This document shows positions 37,414 through 46,126 of a stretch of DNA of 64,000 nucleotides, one piece after another. The position numbers and the translations under genes are program-made. The DNA lies in NCBI RefSeq assembly GCF_024696245.1, contig NZ_JAILGZ010000084.1, forward strand, positions 2,919-66,918. Direction: 5' to 3'. The notes below the pieces were generated by a model, which saw nothing but the letters and a program-made list of their open reading frames with translations, did not search any database and had not been told where the DNA came from. Source of the DNA: Treponema sp. (GTDB lineage Bacteria; Spirochaetota; Spirochaetia; Treponematales; Treponemataceae). Position 1 is the stretch's first letter. Every line of letters begins with the position of its first letter.

Positions 37414-37466
37414 TAGTTACAGGCCCTTAACTTTTACTTTTTTGGACCTGTAAAAAAATGAATCAA

Positions 37467-38567
37467 TTAAAGCTTGTCAAAAAATCCTTTAGCCTTAAGG
37501 AGTTCAGCATTAAGGATACCACCCATTGCTGCACCGCGCTTAGTGTTGTGGCTTAAAGCTACAAACTTAACGTCAAATACATTACAAGGACGGAGACGAC
37601 CGATTACACATGCCATTCCCTTTTCTGTTTCGCGGTCACGGCGTGGCTGAGGACGATTGTCTTCATGGCGTACAACAATAGGATGAACAGGAGCACTTGG
37701 AAGTTCAAGTTCCTGTGGAAGTGACTTGTATGAAGTCCATACCTTTTCGATTTCTTCAAGGGAAGGTTTTTTATCCTGAGGAAGATCAAATTCAAGGGAA
37801 ATACAAGCTGTGTGACCATCAATAACAGGTACACGGGTACATGTTGAGCTTACCTGTGGAAGTGAAGCATTTGCAATCTTATCGTCGTCAACTTTTCCAA
37901 GAATCTTAAGGCATTCTTTTTCTGTCTTTTCTTCTTCTCCACCAATGAATGGAACGATATTGTCAATCATATCAAAAGAAGGAACACCAGGATAACCTGC
38001 ACCACTTGTTGCCTGAAGTGTAGTTACGATCATGCGCTTTACAGGATAACCTGCCATAATAAGGGCATGAAGAGGCATCATATAAGTCTGAAGGGAACAG
38101 TTAGGCTTAACTGCGATAAATCCCTTATCCCAGCCGTGATGTTCCTGCTGCTTTTTAATAATATCAAGATGAGAATAATTGATTTCCGGAACAAGCATTG
38201 GTACATCTTCTGTCCATCTGTTTGCACTTGCATTTGAAACTACAGGAATTCCTTCTGCAGCATAAGCTTCTTCAAGAGCCTTAATTTCGTCTTTTCCCAT
38301 TTCAAGGGCAGAAAATACAAACTTACATTTTCCAAGGGCAAGCTTTGCATCGTTTGCATCCTGAATTGTAAGGTTTGCTACATCTGCAGGGATTTCTTCA
38401 CCGATGAGCCATTTTGATGCAACAACATCCTTATAAAGTTTACCTGCACTACGTGGAGATGCTGCAACATATGTAACCTTAAACCATGGGTGATTTTCCA
38501 GAAGTTTAATATAGCGCTGTCCTACCATACCTGTAGCACCAAGAACACCTACGCTTATTTTTTCCAT
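37467..38567 (-). CDS. asd: aspartate-semialdehyde dehydrogenase
   Basis: VGVLGATGMVGQRY N-terminus, active-site region VKPNCSLQ, 366 aa. Confidence 0.93.
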   Translation of the reverse strand: MEKISVGVLGATGMVGQRYIKLLENHPWFKVTYVAASPRSAGKLYKDVVASKWLIGEEIPADVANLTIQDANDAKLALGKCKFVFSALEMGKDEIKALEEAYAAEGIPVVSNASANRWTEDVPMLVPEINYSHLDIIKKQQEHHGWDKGFIAVKPNCSLQTYMMPLHALIMAGYPVKRMIVTTLQATSGAGYPGVPSFDMIDNIVPFIGGEEEKTEKECLKILGKVDDDKIANASLPQVSSTCTRVPVIDGHTACISLEFDLPQDKKPSLEEIEKVWTSYKSLPQELELPSAPVHPIVVRHEDNRPQPRRDRETEKGMACVIGRLRPCNVFDVKFVALSHNTKRGAAMGGILNAELLKAKGFFDKL

Positions 38568-38622
38568 AATATACTCCTTAGTTATAAGCGGTCCATAAAA
38601 GGGACCTGATTTTTTTTATTAA

Positions 38623-39528
38623 TTAAAGATTGCAGCTTTTGATTGCGTCTTCAATAATTTTTTTAGCTGCATCAGTTGGCTCTGCAAGAGGAAGACGTAC
38701 ACTTCCGGCTGCAAGTCCCTTAACATTCATGGCATACTTAATGCATGTAGGGTTTCCGTCTACAAAGGCTGCCCTGAAGAATGGCTGAAGGCGGTAATGA
38801 AGCTTTCTTGCTTCTGCAAAGTTACCCTTTTCGCATTCGTGTACAAGCTGACCCATAAGACCAGGAATCATGTTTGTTACTACAGAGATAACACCGTCTC
38901 CACCTGCTGCCATAAGAGGAAGTGTAAGACCATCATCACCACTCATTACTGCAAAATCAGGTTTTGAAAGCTTAATCTTTTCTATTACTTCCATCATCTG
39001 GTTAATATTACCACTGGCTTCCTTTACTCCCACAATATTTGGAAGTTCAACAATACGCTGAAGAAGGGCTGTAGAAATATTCTTACCAGTGCGGCCCTGA
39101 ATATTATAAACAACTACAGGTATCCCCACTTTTGAAACAGCTTCAAAATGACGGAAGATACCTTCATCACTAGGCTTATTGTAATAAGGTGTAACTACAA
39201 GGGCAAAATCTGCACCAAAATCCTTAGCACGCTGACAGTAACGTACAGCATCCCTGGTATTGTTGCTTCCTGCACCTACCATTACTTTAACGTCTTTACC
39301 ATTTTTTTTATTAAAATCCTTTACTAAAGGGAAAATAATATCAAGAAGTTTTTCTTCTTCATCCTCATCAAGAGTTGGTGTTTCACCGCTGGTACCAAGA
39401 GGAAGAAGTCCGTCTATTCCCTGTTCAAGCTGGAACATGACGTTTTTCTTAAAACCCTCATAATCCACATCACCATTTGAAAGCATTGGTGTAATCATTG
39501 CAGTATATGCACCGTGAATTAAAGCCAT
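38623..39528 (-). CDS. dapA: 4-hydroxy-tetrahydrodipicolinate synthase
   Basis: AMITPM..., GTSGETPTL, TPYYNKP, and the GVKEASG region containing the Schiff-base lysine. Confidence 0.93.
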   Translation of the reverse strand: MALIHGAYTAMITPMLSNGDVDYEGFKKNVMFQLEQGIDGLLPLGTSGETPTLDEDEEEKLLDIIFPLVKDFNKKNGKDVKVMVGAGSNNTRDAVRYCQRAKDFGADFALVVTPYYNKPSDEGIFRHFEAVSKVGIPVVVYNIQGRTGKNISTALLQRIVELPNIVGVKEASGNINQMMEVIEKIKLSKPDFAVMSGDDGLTLPLMAAGGDGVISVVTNMIPGLMGQLVHECEKGNFAEARKLHYRLQPFFRAAFVDGNPTCIKYAMNVKGLAAGSVRLPLAEPTDAAKKIIEDAIKSCNL

Positions 39529-39695
39529 GACAGTCTCCTTGCTAAATAAATCGAATAAATATTAGTGATTTGCAATGATTTAATCAATTGAATTCTTTAA
39601 GTAGAAACATGGATTAAAGGCTTAAAAACTCGACATAAAAGCCTGATACCGATAGAATAACTTCTATATAAATAATCAGATATAAGGTGCAGAAA

Positions 39696-40757
39696 ATGGC
39701 AGGAAATACTTTTGGACAGGCATTCAGGGTTACAACTTTTGGAGAAAGTCATGGAGAAGGACTTGGCTGTATTATAGACGGCTGTCCGGCAGGAATTAAG
39801 GTAGATGAAGATTTTCTTCAGGCAGAAATGGACAGAAGAAAGCCGGGAGCTAAAAGTGCAGCTGTAACTGCCAGAAAAGAATCTGACAGGGCTGTAATTC
39901 TTAGTGGTGTGTTTGAAGGAAAAACCACAGGTACTTCCATTGCAATTCTTATCAAAAATGAAAACCAGCATTCAGGAGACTATTCAAATATAAAGGATTT
40001 ATTCAGGCCAGGGCACGGAGACTATACCTACTTTGAAAAATACGGAATCAGGGATTACAGGGGCGGAGGCCGTTCCAGCGGAAGGGAAACCTGTGCAAGA
40101 GTAGCTGCAGGGGCCTTTGCAAAAATGTTTCTTGCTCAGGAAGGCATAAAAGTGACTGCCTATACAAAAAAAGCTGCAGGTATCAGTGCAGAAAAAACAG
40201 ACCTTGCAGAAATAGAAAATAACCTTATGAGATGTGCAGATAAAGATGCTGCAGAAAAAATGCTTAAAGCTGTAGATCAGTACCGCATGCAAAAAAATTC
40301 CTGCGGAGGAATTGTAGAGTGTATTGCACAGGGTGTTTCTACAGGTCTTGGAGAACCTGTTTTTGACAAGGCAGATGCCCTTATTGCCCATGCCATTCTT
40401 TCTATAGGTGCCGTAAAGGGAATTGAATTTGGAAGCGGCTTTGACAGTGCGGATTCAGATGGAAAAAGCAACAATGACCAGATGAGGGAAGGTCCTGTAT
40501 TTGAAAGCAACAATGCAGGAGGAATCCTTGCCGGTATTACCAACGGAAATGACATTATATTCAGGGCTGCAGTAAAACCTGTACCAAGCATTTACCTTGA
40601 ACAGAAATCCATAGACATTAATGGAAAAAACTGTGATGTCTTAATTGAAGGAAGACATGATATCTGTCTGTGTCCAAGAATTGTTCCGGTTATAGAAGCC
40701 ATGACTGCCATTACTCTGGCAGACCTTCTTTTAAGAAACAGGGCTTCAAGAGCATAA
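39696..40757 (+). CDS. aroC: chorismate synthase
   Basis: MAGNTFGQAFRVTTFGESHG..., GGGRSSGRET. The ATG at 39696 is preceded by AAGGTG. The track start at 39687 is a GTG inside the SD. Confidence 0.95.
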   Translation: MAGNTFGQAFRVTTFGESHGEGLGCIIDGCPAGIKVDEDFLQAEMDRRKPGAKSAAVTARKESDRAVILSGVFEGKTTGTSIAILIKNENQHSGDYSNIKDLFRPGHGDYTYFEKYGIRDYRGGGRSSGRETCARVAAGAFAKMFLAQEGIKVTAYTKKAAGISAEKTDLAEIENNLMRCADKDAAEKMLKAVDQYRMQKNSCGGIVECIAQGVSTGLGEPVFDKADALIAHAILSIGAVKGIEFGSGFDSADSDGKSNNDQMREGPVFESNNAGGILAGITNGNDIIFRAAVKPVPSIYLEQKSIDINGKNCDVLIEGRHDICLCPRIVPVIEAMTAITLADLLLRNRASRA

Positions 40758-40774
40758 AAAGGCGGTGAGGCAAA

Positions 40775-42091
40775 ATGACTAAAAAAAATAAAATTAAAGC
40801 TACTATCGCAGCATCAGCAGGCCTTATTATTATCCTGAGCATATTTTTTGAAGTCAGAAGGGCTTCTGTCCTTAACCCGGAATGCAGCAGCCTTAGTAAA
40901 GAAGAGAAAAATCTCCTTTCTGATAAATTAGAAAACCTTTACCCTGAACGCTTACAGAGGCTTCATCCCCTGCCTTACAAAAACCAGGCCGGTTTTGACA
41001 TAAACTCAGGGAGTGCAGTTTTAATTGATACTGCAACAGGCAACATTCTTTACGAAAAAAATCCTGATACCCTTATTCCTCCTGCTTCAATGACAAAGCT
41101 TGTAGAAATGGCAGTTGTTTTTGAGGACGTTAAAAATGGAAAGATTAAGCTTACGGATACTGTTCCCCTCCCTCCTGAAAGCTGGGCAGAAAACCTTCCC
41201 TGGGATGCTTCAAGAATGGGATTAAAAAAAGATGATAAGGTTGACCTTAAAACCCTTCTTACAGGACTTGCAGTTGCCAGTGCAAACGACGGTTCAATTG
41301 CAGTTGCAAATTATGTAGAAGGAAGAATGGACAAGTTTGTTGCAAGGATGAATTCCTTAATACATAATCTTGGCCTTAAAAATACATTTTTTGTTGAAAG
41401 CTCAGGCTACAGTGCTCAGAACATTACAACAGCCAGGGAATTTACGGACTTTTCCCTCTGGTACATTACTTCTTTTCCGGAAAGCCTTAAAGACTATCAC
41501 TCTGTAAAGGAATTTACCTATCCGGAGCATAATGGCTGGACTATAAGCAACACAAATAAACTCCTTGATGAACTGGAAGGCTGCGATGGCCTTAAAACCG
41601 GTTTTATTGATGAAAGCGGCTACAATATTGCCCTTACAGCAGTAAGAAACGGACAGCGCTATCTTGCCGTTATAATGAATGGTCCTGGAAGAAGTACCCT
41701 TGAAGGTAACTATTACAGACAGATTGACGGTACAAGACTGATGGATTACGCCTTTAATAATTTTGAAAGCTACAGGCCTGAAGAAAAATATGAATATGTA
41801 ATTTCAAATCCTGGATGTAAGGAAGAAGCATTCAAACTTATTCCGGCAGAAAAACTTGACTTTACAATTCCAAAAGCTGCTCATGGAAAAATTCAGTGTA
41901 AGGTAATAAAGCCTGATTTTGTATCTGAAGAAGTAAACGCAGGACAGGTTCTGGGAAAACTTATCTTCCATGCAGACAATGTTGCCCTGCGAACAGTAGA
42001 TCTGGTAAGTGACCGTACTACTACTCAAAAAAGCGGGCCGGGGCTCATAGCTGATAAAATAATAGTATGGTCTTTAAGAAGGTCAATGTAA
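40775..42091 (+). CDS. D-alanyl-D-alanine carboxypeptidase (peptidase S11, PBP5-like)
   Basis: SxxK (ASMTK), SxN (SANDG) and KTG (LKTGF) motifs. N-terminal TM/signal segment. Confidence 0.88.
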   Translation: MTKKNKIKATIAASAGLIIILSIFFEVRRASVLNPECSSLSKEEKNLLSDKLENLYPERLQRLHPLPYKNQAGFDINSGSAVLIDTATGNILYEKNPDTLIPPASMTKLVEMAVVFEDVKNGKIKLTDTVPLPPESWAENLPWDASRMGLKKDDKVDLKTLLTGLAVASANDGSIAVANYVEGRMDKFVARMNSLIHNLGLKNTFFVESSGYSAQNITTAREFTDFSLWYITSFPESLKDYHSVKEFTYPEHNGWTISNTNKLLDELEGCDGLKTGFIDESGYNIALTAVRNGQRYLAVIMNGPGRSTLEGNYYRQIDGTRLMDYAFNNFESYRPEEKYEYVISNPGCKEEAFKLIPAEKLDFTIPKAAHGKIQCKVIKPDFVSEEVNAGQVLGKLIFHADNVALRTVDLVSDRTTTQKSGPGLIADKIIVWSLRRSM

Positions 42092-42092
42092 A

Positions 42093-44327
42093 TTATCTTG
42101 CAAACTGGGCTGCATCTACAATGGTACAGCCTGAATCAAGAATGGCAGATATTAAAAGATCAATATTTTCGTAAAGATAATCCTTTCTGCTGCCTTTAGA
42201 TTTTCCGGTACTGATGCTTATAACCATTCCGTCATATAAAGAGGCAGTAATCTGATCAATGAGCTGGGAAGAACTTAAGTATTTTACAGATGGATCAGAA
42301 GCTGCTTCTTCAAAAGAAACAGAGTCCTTTATTTCCTGACAGGCTTCAAGATATGAATAACCTGCTTCTGCTGCAGCTGCCTTCATCATATCATTACTTC
42401 TATAATATGGTGCATGCCACATAAGGGAAAGTTCCTTACCCGTTGCAGAAAAGAACTCATCTTCATTTCTTGCCAGTCCCCTTTTTATAAAATCACTATC
42501 AATAATAAAATTAGAAGAAAGAAGATCTGCACTGCTGTAAAAAATTGAAGCACACTGACAGCCGGAAGCAACAATCTGTTTTGTTTCTACAGGATAACGG
42601 CGGATAAACTCTCCGTTAAGAAAGAAAGTTCCCTTTAATGAATATTCTTCCAGAACACTTAAAATCTGAGGCACCCCTTCTCCGCTTTCCATTGCATCAA
42701 AAACAAGGGCAACTCTTTTTGACTTTCTTGTTTCTGAAGGAATCTCTGTCTGAGAATAAAGAGGATATGTAAGAACAGATCCGGAAAGAGACCTTACATA
42801 AATCGAATTATTAAAATGATTATTTAAGGAAGTTCCAAGGAATACCCTGTAACGGGAATTTTTTTCAGAAGCATTCTTTACATCTGACAAAGCAGCATTT
42901 AAATCCCAGGATTTTCTTTTGGAATTCCAGCTGTATATTTTACCTGAAGCTGTTTTAGAACAGATTTCTTCTCCATTCCAGAAAGCCTTTCCTGCAGAAG
43001 AAAGAAAAAGAACCTGCTGGGAAGACGCAAGACTTTTATAATCAACAGAATAAAGAAAAACAGTTTCGTCACTGCCGGCAACAAGAGTAGAATTTGTAAG
43101 CCATAAAAGGGACAGAATCTTTTCTCCTGAAGTTTTTCCGCAGAGTTTCCATTCAGTCAGGTCATAAATAAAGGCTGATTTTCCACTGCCAAAAGCCAGA
43201 TGCTTTCCGTCTTTAGAAAGCACAGGTTCCGTTGATTCTTCTGTATCAAGAAGAAGTTCCATGCGGCCGTTTTTTCCGTAAAGAGAATAGAAGGTAGCAG
43301 TCTTTTTTCCGGTTGAATATGAAAGCATTTCCATCCATAAAAGAGGCTTTCTTTCTCCAGTCCAGAAGACCTTATATTTAAGTGGAGCGCCTTTTATACC
43401 AGTAAGGGGATAGATTCCCCGGCTTGTAACATAATCATAACCGGAAGAACCAATGGAATAATAATTTATAAAGTTTCCCCCTGTAATAAGAACCAGCTGG
43501 TGGCCTTCATTATCACAAAAGAAGATATCTTCAGAAGGATCAAAGGACTGAGGAAGTCTGCCTGCAATTGTTCCATTGCCAACAAAAGAAGAATACAGAC
43601 CCCTTGTATAAAGTTCATTTTCCCTGATGAGGTAAATAATGTCACCGCTTATATAAAGAAGGGAAGCATTGTCTGTCCATTCAACAGAAGAAATATAACC
43701 GTCACCGATTTTACGGTAATCTTCCGGCAGGCTTACATTTTTAAAGGCAGAAGATGGAGTTATAAAATATACGGCACCATTTTTTTCATAAAGAAGAGCC
43801 TTGCTGTCCGGTGCCCATTTTACGTTTACACTGTCATATCTGAAAGGATTTTCTTCAACAAGAATACAGGATTTACCGGTCATTGCATCTACAAGAAGAA
43901 GCTGTCCCTGGGCATTTTTTGTCTGGTTTACATAACAAATCCATTTTCCATCTGGACTTGGACTTACAGCACCGATTCTTGTGTATTCAACAGGGATTCT
44001 GTCACTTTCACTTTTCCAGGTAAGGGAATCGTCGGCAAAGGAATACCAGGCTGTTCCATATCTGTTACGAAGCTGAAGGGTTGAATTTTCATTGAGCAGT
44101 TCCATTTTTTCCGGAAAACAGGTAATAAGCTGGGGACTGCCCTGAATATTATCCTGACCAAGCTTTACCGTAAAAAGGGCATCATACTTACCGGCACCGG
44201 GAATATCCTGATTAACTGTATAGATAAGGGAACTTTTCTGATTAAGATCCAGGTTCCCGAAAGTAGCCTGACCGGAGACTATTGCTGAAAGAGCCAGAAA
44301 AAGTGCTGCTGAATAGAATTTCTTCAT
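42093..44327 (-). CDS. secreted TolB-like beta-propeller protein fused to a divergent NodB-homology (polysaccharide deacetylase-like) domain
   Basis: Signal peptide MKKFYSAALFLALSAIVSGQ. Repeated SPDGK/APDSK/SKDGK propeller signatures. The C-terminal RVALVFDAMESG...GTFFLNGEFIRRYP resembles NodB motif 1 and its flank, but I do not find the canonical His motifs. Confidence 0.5.
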   Translation of the reverse strand: MKKFYSAALFLALSAIVSGQATFGNLDLNQKSSLIYTVNQDIPGAGKYDALFTVKLGQDNIQGSPQLITCFPEKMELLNENSTLQLRNRYGTAWYSFADDSLTWKSESDRIPVEYTRIGAVSPSPDGKWICYVNQTKNAQGQLLLVDAMTGKSCILVEENPFRYDSVNVKWAPDSKALLYEKNGAVYFITPSSAFKNVSLPEDYRKIGDGYISSVEWTDNASLLYISGDIIYLIRENELYTRGLYSSFVGNGTIAGRLPQSFDPSEDIFFCDNEGHQLVLITGGNFINYYSIGSSGYDYVTSRGIYPLTGIKGAPLKYKVFWTGERKPLLWMEMLSYSTGKKTATFYSLYGKNGRMELLLDTEESTEPVLSKDGKHLAFGSGKSAFIYDLTEWKLCGKTSGEKILSLLWLTNSTLVAGSDETVFLYSVDYKSLASSQQVLFLSSAGKAFWNGEEICSKTASGKIYSWNSKRKSWDLNAALSDVKNASEKNSRYRVFLGTSLNNHFNNSIYVRSLSGSVLTYPLYSQTEIPSETRKSKRVALVFDAMESGEGVPQILSVLEEYSLKGTFFLNGEFIRRYPVETKQIVASGCQCASIFYSSADLLSSNFIIDSDFIKRGLARNEDEFFSATGKELSLMWHAPYYRSNDMMKAAAAEAGYSYLEACQEIKDSVSFEEAASDPSVKYLSSSQLIDQITASLYDGMVISISTGKSKGSRKDYLYENIDLLISAILDSGCTIVDAAQFAR

Positions 44328-44336
44328 ATAATAACC

Positions 44337-45584
44337 TTATTTCATAAGAGAAAGTGGGTCAATAAGCTTACCATTCTTATAGACACTGAAGTGAAGATGA
44401 GGACCGGTTGAATAACCTGTATTTCCTACAAGACCAATCTTAGTATTCTGAGTTACAGACTGCCCCTTTTTACATGTAATCTTGCTCATGTGACCGTAAA
44501 GGGTCTGATAGCCATCATAATGATTTATAATTACATAATTACCATAAATGCTTGAGTAACCTGTAAAGCTTACCTTTCCGCTGAGGGAAGAATAAATTGC
44601 AGTTCCTGTAGGACAGGCCATGTCAATTCCACTGTGACGGGATGTTACACCTGTAAAAGGATCTGGCCTTAAACCAAATCTTGAAGTAAGACGCCATTTA
44701 GCATGAATAGGTTTTGTAAAAAGTTCACCCATAGCCTTCTGAAGGCTTTCACTGTCAAGTTTTGCACCAGGAATAAAAAGCTTCTGTCCGGCAACAAGAA
44801 CTTCAGATGACAGCTCATTGGTATCAAGAATATCTTCTACAGTAACGGAATATCTTGCAGAAAGCCCCGTAAGGTTTTCTCCAGACTGAACAAGGTGAAT
44901 AAGGCCGTCTGCAGAAGGAATACGGATTTTCTGACCTGCACGAAGGGACCTTACGTTTTCTATATTATTAACTGCAATAAGTGTAGAAATATTTGAAAGT
45001 CCGAATTTGCGGCTGATAGAGCTGATTGATTCACCACTTTTTACAGTATAGTTCTGATAAGTAACGCTTTCCCTGATTCCGGCTGTATTTACAAGAAGAC
45101 TGCCGTCAGAAGTAAGTACATTACCGTCCTTATCGTAATAAGATGAGTCACTAAAGGCAAACTCATTCATAATTGAATCAATACGTTCCATATCCGGAGC
45201 CATAAATTCAACAGGAAGGGCAATACTTGCCTTTTTCTGAAGATAGGAATCAATAAAAACCGGAAGTGATACCAGGGAAAGACCACATAAAGGAATCCAC
45301 CAGTATTTTGGACCGTATTTTAAAAAACTTGAGCATACAGTCTGCAGGCTCTCTGAAACAAAGGAAAAGGATTCTGTACGTATTTTCTTTACAAATGCCC
45401 AGACAAACCCCTTTAAGCTGGATAAATTAAGCCTTAAAGGAATGGCAGAGCCGGCCTTAAAAGAGCGAAAAGCACTGCTTCTTCTAGAAAATGATCTTGA
45501 ATATGATATACTTGTCGAACAGTTAAATATTTCCATATACTTATTATCGACACAAATATTTTTACATATTAGAATTATTAACAT
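44337..45584 (-). CDS. M23 metallopeptidase with two LysM domains
   Basis: LysM repeats (YTVKSGESISSISRKFGLS; HLVQSGENLTGLSARYSV). M23 motifs HSGIDMA and GNTGYSTGPHLHF. The start is uncertain (ATG 45584 or 45536). Confidence 0.88.
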   Translation of the reverse strand: MLIILICKNICVDNKYMEIFNCSTSISYSRSFSRRSSAFRSFKAGSAIPLRLNLSSLKGFVWAFVKKIRTESFSFVSESLQTVCSSFLKYGPKYWWIPLCGLSLVSLPVFIDSYLQKKASIALPVEFMAPDMERIDSIMNEFAFSDSSYYDKDGNVLTSDGSLLVNTAGIRESVTYQNYTVKSGESISSISRKFGLSNISTLIAVNNIENVRSLRAGQKIRIPSADGLIHLVQSGENLTGLSARYSVTVEDILDTNELSSEVLVAGQKLFIPGAKLDSESLQKAMGELFTKPIHAKWRLTSRFGLRPDPFTGVTSRHSGIDMACPTGTAIYSSLSGKVSFTGYSSIYGNYVIINHYDGYQTLYGHMSKITCKKGQSVTQNTKIGLVGNTGYSTGPHLHFSVYKNGKLIDPLSLMK

Positions 45585-45613
45585 TCATAAAGTTAAGAAA
45601 AAAGGTCATTAAT

Positions 45614-46126
45614 ATGAAAAGCAAATCAAAAAGTCTGGATTTAATAATAAAAATACTTGCAGCCCTTCTGGTCATTACCATTATCCTTAAGCTTTTTGTA
45701 ATTGAATTCTATAAAATCTCAGGACAGTCCATGACACCTGCCATTAAATCAGGCTCCACTATTGCCGTAAGTAAAATTTCCTACGGGCTGGTACTCCCCT
45801 TCTCTGACAAACTTTTATTCAACTGGTCCGGTCCTAAAAAAGGAGATGTAGTCTTTTACATGTATAATGACAGAATGGTAATAAAAAGATGTGCTGCTAC
45901 AGCAGGTGATACGCTGGAATATTCCTATAATTCGGGCTATAATTTGAAGGTAAACGGGAAAACTGTTTCCCTTACAAAAAACCAATACGAAAATCTGAAG
46001 AATACTACTTCTGTTCCGGAGAACACAATCCTGGCACTGGGAGACAACAGTGAATTTTCAATTGATTCCAGAAATTACGGATTCGTACCGGTAAACAATA
46101 TTTTAGGCAGAGTTTTATGCAGGTAA
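45614..46126 (+). CDS. lepB: signal peptidase I
   Basis: GQSMTPAI (catalytic Ser), VIKRC (Lys), GDNSEFSIDSRNYGFVP. Confidence 0.92.
   Translation: MKSKSKSLDLIIKILAALLVITIILKLFVIEFYKISGQSMTPAIKSGSTIAVSKISYGLVLPFSDKLLFNWSGPKKGDVVFYMYNDRMVIKRCAATAGDTLEYSYNSGYNLKVNGKTVSLTKNQYENLKNTTSVPENTILALGDNSEFSIDSRNYGFVPVNNILGRVLCR

Noticed and set aside
39529-39695. Lysine riboswitch upstream of dapA
   Set aside because: The divergent dapA/aroC spacer is only ~167 nt, A/T-rich and shared by two promoters. No L-box-like multi-helix core is visible.
43500-44084. 194-aa plus-strand ORF inside the beta-propeller gene (similar cases at 52220-52807, 47293-47829, 13969-14403, 39999-40391 and 36467-36778)
   Set aside because: All lie opposite or out of frame to genes with clear family signatures. 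They have aberrant composition and no RBS.
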